DNA from: Candidatus Jordarchaeales archaeon
Lineage (GTDB): Archaea > Asgardarchaeota > Jordiarchaeia > Jordiarchaeales > Freyrarchaeaceae
DNA length: 10,550 nucleotides
Assembly: GCA_038858525.1 (NCBI GenBank)
Contig: JAWCFL010000054.1
Location: 1-10,550, forward strand
Direction: 5' to 3'
A program made the translations under genes and the position numbers. Shown piece by piece: positions 1 through 8,321 of this stretch. The notes below the pieces were generated by a model. The model was given only the letters and a program-made list of their open reading frames with translations. It ran no database searches and had not been told where the DNA came from. Positions within the stretch are counted from its first letter, which is position 1; the number at the start of each line of letters is the position of its first letter.

Positions 1-681
1 GGACTGTTGAGGAGAGAGGGGCTGAAGGCGTGCTGGGCATCGATGTTAACGAGAGCAGCATAGACTTGGCTGTTGTGAAGCCGGGTAAGGTTAGGTTCAT
101 CAAGATAGATATAAGTGAGGTGAAACACGTTAGAGGCAGGTACTTGAGGAAGAGGAGGAGCATTCAGGGTAAGACTTCGGGGGAAAAGAAGGCTAGGCTG
201 CTGGCGAAGTATTCTGGGAGGGAGAGGCGGAGGGTAAACGACGTACTCCATAGGGCGGCGAAGATTGTAGCTGGTGTGGTTGCCGAGGAAAACGTTAAAC
301 CGGTAATGGAGAAACTCACCCATATCAGGGAGAGGATACGGTATGGTAGGGTGATGAATAGAAGGCTCCACAGCATACCATTCAGAAGAATTCAGTTCTA
401 CATCTCCTATAAGGGGATGGAGCATGGCTTTAAGCCGGAAACCGTTGACGCTAAGAACACCTCCAAGACGTGCCCGATGTGTGGCGAAATTAGTAAGCCG
501 AATGGGCATGTCTTCAAATGCAGGAAATGCGGGTTCCAGGCGGATAGACACTTTGTTGCCGCTTGGAATATAGCTATGAAGCTCTTGATGTGCCGTCCTT
601 TACCGTTGGCGGCGAAAGCCACCGATGAATTTAAAGAGGTGGAACGGATAGTCATAAAAAGTTAACTATCCGACAACGGTA
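1..681 (+). mobile_element. Right part of an IS200/IS605 (IS1341-like) element; right boundary approximate
   Basis: tnpB followed by nested inverted repeats typical of the right end/omegaRNA scaffold. No tnpA is visible because the window starts inside tnpB. Confidence 0.7.
3..665 (+). CDS. tnpB: TnpB (IS200/IS605 OrfB, RNA-guided endonuclease family), 5'-truncated by window edge
   Basis: The frame is open from nt 3 (TVEERGAEGVLGIDVN...). It shows RuvC-I GIDVN, RuvC-II VMEKL, the TSKTCPMCG...CRKCG zinc finger and a RuvC-III-like ADRHFVAAWNI. Stop TAA at 663-665. Confidence 0.93.
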   Translation, partial: TVEERGAEGVLGIDVNESSIDLAVVKPGKVRFIKIDISEVKHVRGRYLRKRRSIQGKTSGEKKARLLAKYSGRERRRVNDVLHRAAKIVAGVVAEENVKPVMEKLTHIRERIRYGRVMNRRLHSIPFRRIQFYISYKGMEHGFKPETVDAKNTSKTCPMCGEISKPNGHVFKCRKCGFQADRHFVAAWNIAMKLLMCRPLPLAAKATDEFKEVERIVIKS

Positions 682-700
682 TCTGCGTTATGGCTGTGGG
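601..700 (+). ncRNA. Putative TnpB omegaRNA (3' scaffold plus candidate guide)
   Basis: TACCGTTG (601-608) pairs perfectly with CAACGGTA (674-681). This stem encloses a GGC-GAAA-GCC tetraloop hairpin (611-620) and an 8-bp hairpin CGGATAGT/ACTATCCG (645-652/665-672) spanning the stop codon. omegaRNAs are known to overlap the tnpB 3' end. The guide position is inferred. Confidence 0.55.
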
Positions 701-790
701 TGTTCAGCGGCCCTTCTACGGCTGGTGGAGAAAGCCGTGTTAAGGTGGTTGAGAGGAGAAGGATGAAGCTCATGGATCCCGTGAGGGCGG

Positions 791-806
791 GAGGAAAAAC
801 TTAAAT
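791..806 (+). promoter_or_regulatory. BRE/TATA promoter of rpl40e
   Basis: GAGGAAAAAC-TTAAAT lies about 50 nt upstream of the ATG, and a GGTGA Shine-Dalgarno-like motif sits just before the ATG at 853. Confidence 0.55.
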
Positions 807-852
807 CTTCCCGTTTCATCTTTTTGAGCGTGGCTTAGAGGCGGTGACCTGC

Positions 853-1005
853 ATGCCTATAGGTGACCCTGATAAGAGAAGGATAGCTGCGCATCACCTT
901 CTCCAAGTGAAGATCTGCAGGAAGTGCTACGCGAGAAACGCTCTTTCAGCCACTAAGTGTAGGCGGTGTAAGTCTACGAGGCTTAGGCTTAAAAAGAGGA
1001 AGTAG
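853..1005 (+). CDS. rpl40e: 50S ribosomal protein L40e (standalone, not ubiquitin-fused); missed by the ORF track
   Basis: Manual translation MPIGDPDKRRIAAHHLLQVKICRKCYARNALSATKCRRCKSTRLRLKKRK* (50 aa) contains the ICRKCYARN...CRRC zinc motif of eL40. Confidence 0.97.
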   Translation: MPIGDPDKRRIAAHHLLQVKICRKCYARNALSATKCRRCKSTRLRLKKRK

Positions 1006-1045
1006 CCGTCGGCAGGCTACCAGTCGGGTTCCGGATCGCCGCCTC

Positions 1046-1060
1046 CTCTTTTTGGGTTTG
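1046..1060 (+). terminator. Possible oligo-T terminator of rpl40e
   Basis: CTCTTTTTGGGTTTG about 40 nt after the stop codon, followed by further T tracts. Confidence 0.35.
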
Positions 1061-1134
1061 GCAGCGCTTGCTGAGCTTTTCTGGAAGCGTGTTTTCGCTT
1101 TGAGCTTGCTTTTTCAGCTGCCGGTTGGGTCGGT

Positions 1135-1172
1135 TGTTGCGCTGCGAAAGGAATGTTGCGCTGCGAAAGGAA
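1135..1172. repeat. Perfect 19-bp tandem duplication
   Basis: TGTTGCGCTGCGAAAGGAA at 1135-1153 and 1154-1172. Confidence 0.95.
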
Positions 1173-1204
1173 GAGTGCTGCTCGTTTCTTTTTGGAGGCT
1201 GCGT

Positions 1205-2074
1205 TCACCTTTCCCTTGCCTGCTTTTTCTTTGTGGCCTCGTAGTAGCCTTTGACGAGGTCTAACTCGTTGATTACTCCGACGAGGTTGCCTTCCGCGTC
1301 CTTGACGGGTAGCTGGTTTAGGTCGTGCTTCATCATTTTGAGGGCGCACTCGCTGAGGCTGGTGTGCTCGCTCACCGTGACGACTTCGCTGGTCATGATG
1401 CTTCTCACCGGCGCATCGGAGAGGTTGAGCTTCTTCGTCGTTATGTAGAATATGCTGCTCGCATCCCAGCTCCAGTCTGTTCCCTCGCTCGTCGATATTA
1501 TGCTGGACACTTTCTCCTCCGACACCACATCGCTGGCCTTCAGGAAGTCGGACTCGTCTACCACGCCGACCAGCTTTCCCTTGTCGTCGAGGACGTGGAG
1601 GACGGGCGCCTTGGCCAGCTTCATAACGCTGTAGGCGACGGGCAGCGGGGTTTTGTCCCACACGGCTATTATTACGCGCTGGACGAAGGGCTTTATTGGC
1701 TCCGCTCTCTTCTCTACAGCGACTACCTTTCTGACGACGTCGGAGAGCGAGACAACCCCGACGAGGTTTCGCCCGTCGTCGATGACGGGGACGTGGAAGA
1801 CGTCCTTCTCCAGCATCAGCTTAACCAGGTTCTCTACTTCGTCCTCCGCCGAGATGGTTTCGGGGTCCCTTCTCATAAGGAGTGCTATCTGCGTCTCGTT
1901 CGGCTTCTCCATAAGCTCTCTATGCGTCACTATGCCTGCGAGCGTCATAGTTCCCTTCTTGACGATGGGCACCACCTTTACGCCGTGCCTCCTCATGAGC
2001 TCTAAGACCTCGTCACGCGTCCCGGGAACAGAGGCGTAGACGATGCTTTTCCCCAAGATCTCCTTAACCTTCAA
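1205..2074 (-). CDS. CBS-domain protein (two CBS pairs / Bateman modules)
   Basis: 289 aa with a TTG start and GGAGG upstream. It has repeated CBS motifs (VPIV...LAGIVT, VPVID...LVGVVS, VLD...LVGVVD, LPVKD...LVGVIN) and an acidic EGTDWSWD insertion in the second pair. Confidence 0.92.
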   Translation of the reverse strand: MKVKEILGKSIVYASVPGTRDEVLELMRRHGVKVVPIVKKGTMTLAGIVTHRELMEKPNETQIALLMRRDPETISAEDEVENLVKLMLEKDVFHVPVIDDGRNLVGVVSLSDVVRKVVAVEKRAEPIKPFVQRVIIAVWDKTPLPVAYSVMKLAKAPVLHVLDDKGKLVGVVDESDFLKASDVVSEEKVSSIISTSEGTDWSWDASSIFYITTKKLNLSDAPVRSIMTSEVVTVSEHTSLSECALKMMKHDLNQLPVKDAEGNLVGVINELDLVKGYYEATKKKQARER

Positions 2075-2228
2075 TGACGTAACCTCCAGTTAAAAGTTGG
2101 AGTTGGCAGCTCTCCTCTGAGAAGGAAGCCTCCATCATGAATTAAATGAAAACCGGGAATATAAACTATTTGCAAACGCAAATTGCGAGTCGTCTCACGC
2201 CGCAGCTTGGAGCATTCCTTGGCGCTCG

Positions 2229-4454
<2,226 letters not shown>

Positions 4455-4477
4455 TCAAGTAAAAGGGACGGAAAGAC

Positions 4478-4570
4478 CGCTTAAAAGCTTTCCTAACAGT
4501 GAAGGCGAGACAGCGCAACCAAACGCAGAAAAAGAGTAACCCGCCAGGAGACGGCAACGCTTTTAAAGTC
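4478..4570. promoter_or_regulatory. Divergent TATA boxes for cdc48 (minus) and rps17e (plus)
   Basis: GCTTTTAAGC on the minus strand (about 4479-4488) and TTTTAAA on the plus strand (4561-4567). GGAGG at 4604-4608 precedes the rps17e TTG. Confidence 0.5.
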
Positions 4571-4615
4571 ACCCTCCAAAGATAACAACAGCAAGAAGTT
4601 AATGGAGGGAAACCT

Positions 4616-4948
4616 TTGGGAAAAGTGCGGTCAACCTACGTTAAAAGAATCGCGCGGCAAATCATGGCCAATTATGGAAACATGGTGACGGACAACTTCG
4701 AGGAGAACAAGAAACTCCTGAATGAAATGTTCGAGATAAAGTCGAAGAGGCTGCGCAACAAGGTTGCAGGCTACCTTGTCAGGCTAGTGAAGCTCGGACG
4801 CGAAGAATATGTGATCCCAACGGCAGAAGAAAGAAGAAGCGAGGAAGAATACGAAAGAGAAATACAGAAGTACGAGGAGGAAGCCGAAAAAGCAGGGATC
4901 ACCGAGGAAGCAGCCGAGGAAGAAGAGGGGGAAGAACAAGAAGTGTAG
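4616..4948 (+). CDS. rps17e: 30S ribosomal protein S17e with acidic C-terminal extension
   Basis: MGKVR...VKRIAR...NFEENKK...KSKRLRNKVAGY is the eS17 signature. About 50 extra Glu-rich residues follow. TTG start. Confidence 0.96.
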   Translation: MGKVRSTYVKRIARQIMANYGNMVTDNFEENKKLLNEMFEIKSKRLRNKVAGYLVRLVKLGREEYVIPTAEERRSEEEYEREIQKYEEEAEKAGITEEAAEEEEGEEQEV

Positions 4949-5442
4949 CGGAATGCAAGTGCCTTCACGGCTTTCATCTTCTTACCGCTTTGACTGTCCG
5001 CTGCCACCGGAAAAGAAGGTCACCTTGTTTATTACTGAATAATTGTTGTTTTATGTTATCGCCGCTGTCCCCTTACGGGTTTCCTTTAAGGTTCTTCGCC
5101 ACAACGGAATGGATGATGCATCATCATGCGTTTCGCAGTAGCACTTCAAGCGGCGGCTATCTAATTCATCTGATTGGGAGCTGCGTCTTCCATGCTCTCC
5201 TACCGGTTTGGCTTTCAGTTTGTTGCGCGTCGGGTGCAAGTTTTAAGCAAAATGAGAAAAATGCATTAAAAGAAGGTTAACTACTTGGAGTTGCTGACAG
5301 GTTTGTTACTGTAAACTTTGACGTATTTGTTCTAGCACGCTTTCTTCTCCATGTATTTAGACTTCGTGAAATTAAAAAATGGAATTATGTTGCTGCTTTT
5401 TTCTTTTCTGTGTTTTTGTGTCTTTACTTGTGTGACGTGCTG

Positions 5443-5754
5443 TCATGTGACGTCTATTTTTTCGGGGGAGAATCCGACGGATACGAGGAAATCTCTGGCC
5501 TTATACCTGTGATCCCCCTGCAGCTCTATGCGTCCCTCCTTGAATGTGCCGCCACACGCGCAGTGCGCCTTCAACTTTGCTGCCAGCTCCTCCAAGTTAA
5601 CCTCCCTGTTGTCTATGCCCTCTATTATGGTGACTTCTCTACCCCACTTTCTCTTCTCAACTCTCAACTTGACTCTCTGCTCCTCTTTACCGATCTCTTG
5701 GCACACACAAATGTCCTTAGGCAACCCACATACAGGGCATATTTGGTGCGCCAT
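5443..5754 (-). CDS. sui1: Translation initiation factor aIF1 (SUI1 family)
   Basis: N-terminal CPVCGLPKDICVC motif, then VTIIEG, CACGGT and IELQGDHR SUI1 motifs. ATG at 5754 is preferred; an alternative GTG lies at 5760. Confidence 0.96.
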   Translation of the reverse strand: MAHQICPVCGLPKDICVCQEIGKEEQRVKLRVEKRKWGREVTIIEGIDNREVNLEELAAKLKAHCACGGTFKEGRIELQGDHRYKARDFLVSVGFSPEKIDVT

Positions 5755-5854
5755 CAGCACATCATTCCCGTTTCCAACAAATTTTCCTTATTCCTTTAGG
5801 CGAGTAGGGGCGTTATTAATGTTGTGGTCTCCGCCGCACAGTTCGAGCCCTGGG

Positions 5855-6565
5855 CTACGTGCTCCTCCACGCTTCCTCGATCTCGCTGGCTGTCAGCTTC
5901 CTCAGCTTCTTATCTTCCTTCATTATTACTGCTACTTCGACTTGGTCCTGGCTGAGCTTGTCGACCGCGGCTCTAAGTGCCTTCAGGGCTAGCTTCACCC
6001 CCTCCGCGACTGTTACATTCCTCCTATACTCTTTCTCTAGGACCTCCATGGCTTTCTGCTCGTTCTCTCCTATGACGGCCGCCATGTAGCCTATAGCGGC
6101 GCCGCTAGTATCAAGAACCACGACTTCAGCTTCACCATCATCAGCGACCCCCCCTATTATGAGTGAGCAGCCGAAGGGCCTCACCCCCCCGAACTGCGTG
6201 TACTGCTGCATGGTGAGCGACAGCCGCCTAGCTACGTATGAGGGCTTAGCTCCCTCTCCATACGTCATCCTGTACCGCTGTGCGACCTGCCTTGCTAGGT
6301 CCGTTAGGACCCTCGAGTCGGACATGTAACCTGCGCCCACTATGCCTATATGCTCGTCGACCATCAGCACCTTCTCGTAGTCGTCAAGAAGCTTCTCATG
6401 CTTTCTCTTGACGCCTGCTAGGACGACACCGTCGGCAGCCCTCACCCCGACCGCTGGAGCCCCCCTTCTCACAGCGCTCTTAGAGTACTCGACTTGGAAT
6501 ATTCTTCCGTCAGGGGAGAACATGGCAATAGTCTTGTCGTACTCGGATATCTCTGGAAGTTCCAA
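5855..6565 (-). CDS. psmA: 20S proteasome alpha-type subunit, divergent (likely a paralogue)
   Basis: YDKTIAMFSPDGRIFQVEY is the alpha N-terminal signature, with YTQFGGVRPFG later. No N-terminal catalytic Thr. TTG start with GGTGA upstream. Confidence 0.9.
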   Translation of the reverse strand: MELPEISEYDKTIAMFSPDGRIFQVEYSKSAVRRGAPAVGVRAADGVVLAGVKRKHEKLLDDYEKVLMVDEHIGIVGAGYMSDSRVLTDLARQVAQRYRMTYGEGAKPSYVARRLSLTMQQYTQFGGVRPFGCSLIIGGVADDGEAEVVVLDTSGAAIGYMAAVIGENEQKAMEVLEKEYRRNVTVAEGVKLALKALRAAVDKLSQDQVEVAVIMKEDKKLRKLTASEIEEAWRST

Positions 6566-6596
6566 ACCCTCTCACCTTCGCCTCTCTACGATTTCT

Positions 6597-6700
6597 CTTA
6601 AGTCTTAAGGCTTAAAAGACTATCTGAGCTAAGAGAGGCGCTAACGGTTCAGCCGTGAAGAATGTAACATCGATGTAACACTAAAATATTTTTGATATAT
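6597..6700. promoter_or_regulatory. Divergent promoter region between psmA and the 484-aa gene, with short repeats
   Basis: CTTTTAAG on the minus strand (6611-6618), CTTAA at 7-bp period (6597, 6604, 6611), ATGTAACA direct repeat at 11-bp spacing (6662-6669, 6673-6680) and an AT-rich TATA-like stretch at 6682-6700. Confidence 0.45.
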
Positions 6701-6767
6701 GCTTTTGATGTCCTTTAGGGCTTTGGATTGTTTTCGCCTTCAGCTTCCCGCCGGGAAAGGTGGTGTT

Positions 6768-8222
6768 TTGAGGCTGTTTGAAGATTACGCGTGTTGCATC
6801 TGCAGGCAGAGGGAGGCCAGCTATTACTGCGAGTCGTGCTTCCTCACTTTTTGCTCCTCGTGCACGAAGAGGAAGAGCGTCAATTACTCAGCCTGCGAGA
6901 AGTGCGGCTCAGCTCACTACTTCGACGCAAAGTCAGGCCCCCCTAGCGTTTGCACCATGTGCGGCCACGAGTCGTTCAGGCTAGGCGTCAGGAAGCTCGT
7001 CGTCTGTCCCCGCTGCCTGTCGGAGAACGTTGTGGATTTAGTTAGGAAGAGGGAGGAACAAACCGCACGTCTCAACGCGATCACCCGCTCCCTTCTCTCC
7101 GCGTCGTCGCTGATGCTTAACGTTATTAACTCAGCCTCGAAGGCGAAGGCCCGCCTACTAAACCTGAGGAAAAAAGGCTTCCTTCACAACCCTCAACTTG
7201 AAGAGGATGTCTTAGGAGTCTACGAGGCGCTCTCCGCCCTCAAGGTCAAGGCTCTCTCGAAGGCGGAGAGAATAATGAGCAGCGCCGCCTCTAGAGCAGC
7301 TCTCCTTATCAGGGAATGGTCTCCTCGAAGCATCAGGGAAATAGAAGCTTGCTTCGAGCAGGTTGAGGGAGCGCTGAGAGACTACAGGCAGCTGGTAGAG
7401 GAGGAATGCAGATGTTTAGAGGAAAGACTGAGGGAGATCTCCTCAGTCCTAGACTACCTCGACTTTCACAGAGAGCTCTTTGAGGAACGTGAACAGCTCC
7501 TCGCCATGGAAGCTTCGGAGAAGCCTGTCTGCGCGCTCCCCCACGTAAAGTACGTCGGGAGCTCCTACCTTCCCTCGAACAAAGGGACAGGTGTACTCTT
7601 CCTCACAACAGAGAGGGTCGTCTTCTTGAAGAAAGAAGGAGTCCTGAGGCATTCCTTTAAGAAGTACTTTTCCCTCCCACTAGCTGAAGTCGAGCTAAAC
7701 GTTAAACGCGGCCTACGCGGCTACTTCACTCTTAAAACAGACAAGGGTACGGTGCGCTTCACCGCTCCACGCCAAGTCCTGGAGAACGTCGAAGCATACT
7801 TCACGCTCGCCAAAAACTTCCAAGCGAACTCTCAGTTAGACCGCTCCCTAACTCTTAAACTCGAAAGCACCGCTATAGGGCTAAGCGACTTCAGAAGGGC
7901 GATCGCCTCTCTAATAGACTCGACACTAAAGATGGGTGAGGAGGGCGCGAGAAGCACTGCTACCCCCAAGCAACGTCCTCCTCCAATCGCCCGCCCATGT
8001 CCACGTCCCATCAATCGTCCCGCTTCGCCCTCAACAGGAGACCAGGAAGCCCTCATGAACCTCGAAAAGAAGAAGTATGCTGTCGAGCAGAACCTCAAAA
8101 GGCTCAAGGAACTTTGGGATGAAGGCGAAATACCCCTAGAAGAGTACCTTAAAATGTCGAGGAGGCTTGAAAGCGACCTATACGAGTTAAACGTGAAAAT
8201 TCAGAAGCTGAAGAACGGGTAG
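6768..8222 (+). CDS. Multidomain protein: six CxxC Zn region + helical/coiled-coil + PH/GRAM/GLUE-like domain + Pro-rich linker + Vps23/TSG101-like steadiness box (ESCRT-I-like)
   Basis: Long ORF; the start is placed at TTG 6768 behind AGGTGGTG (the ORF track uses ATG 6699). CxxC pairs are CCIC, CESC, CSSC, CEKC, CTMC and CPRC. GVLFLTTERVVF...FSLPLAEV is PH-like. The C-terminal hairpin AVEQNLKRLKELWDEGEIPLEEYLKMSRRL aligns without gaps to the TSG101 core. Confidence in the CDS is high; domain calls are moderate. Confidence 0.75.
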   Translation: MRLFEDYACCICRQREASYYCESCFLTFCSSCTKRKSVNYSACEKCGSAHYFDAKSGPPSVCTMCGHESFRLGVRKLVVCPRCLSENVVDLVRKREEQTARLNAITRSLLSASSLMLNVINSASKAKARLLNLRKKGFLHNPQLEEDVLGVYEALSALKVKALSKAERIMSSAASRAALLIREWSPRSIREIEACFEQVEGALRDYRQLVEEECRCLEERLREISSVLDYLDFHRELFEEREQLLAMEASEKPVCALPHVKYVGSSYLPSNKGTGVLFLTTERVVFLKKEGVLRHSFKKYFSLPLAEVELNVKRGLRGYFTLKTDKGTVRFTAPRQVLENVEAYFTLAKNFQANSQLDRSLTLKLESTAIGLSDFRRAIASLIDSTLKMGEEGARSTATPKQRPPPIARPCPRPINRPASPSTGDQEALMNLEKKKYAVEQNLKRLKELWDEGEIPLEEYLKMSRRLESDLYELNVKIQKLKNG

Positions 8223-8233
8223 ATTCAGCTGAC

Positions 8234-8248
8234 AGACTTAACAAGTCT
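8234..8248. terminator. Small hairpin between convergent genes, possible terminator element
   Basis: AGACTT-AAC-AAGTCT inverted repeat 12 nt after the stop of the plus-strand gene. Confidence 0.2.
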
Positions 8249-8321
8249 TACCACGTTTCCCCTCTACCAGTCGAAGCGGCGAGAGACGCCACACCTTCCA
8301 ATTGAAACGTTTCCGCCCCGT

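Noticed and set aside
1017-1208. 63-codon minus-strand ORF starting at a GTG that overlaps the CBS stop (ends ...GGGDPEPDW), part of the 214-aa track ORF
   Set aside because: No recognisable motif. The A-rich strand is naturally poor in stops, and the frame depends on the 19-bp duplication. The longer version overlaps the CBS gene out of frame.
1325-2005. 226-aa and other plus-strand ORFs antisense to the CBS gene
   Set aside because: Antisense shadow frames of a well-supported gene.
5063-5090. Minus-strand AAAGGAAAC-CC-GTAA-GG-GGAC resembling the 5' half of a c-di-GMP-I riboswitch
   Set aside because: The stem is too short, the GCAAAGC/tetraloop-receptor half is absent, and no gene lies downstream in the right orientation.
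5086-5170. Short resemblances to conserved 16S rRNA segments (GCGAAGAACCTTA; GAATTAGATAGCC) on the minus strand
   Set aside because: Only 11-13 nt each, with the wrong spacing, and one is the bacterial rather than archaeal version. Treated as chance.
5113-5173. Possible box C/D sRNA (ATGATGC...CTGA, 61 nt)
   Set aside because: The C box is imperfect, no D'/C' boxes or terminal stem are visible, and the apparent 16S complementarity is only about 10 nt.
4990-5280. 96-aa plus and 62-aa minus ORFs in the rps17e-sui1 spacer
   Set aside because: No SD/start support, atypical composition and no recognisable domain.
5410-6608. Plus-strand ORFs overlapping sui1 and psmA
   Set aside because: Antisense shadows of conserved genes.
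6699-6767. N-terminal 23 codons of the 507-aa track ORF
   Set aside because: The ATG sits in the AT-rich promoter-like stretch with no SD. TTG 6768 has AGGTGGTG upstream and directly precedes the Zn domain.
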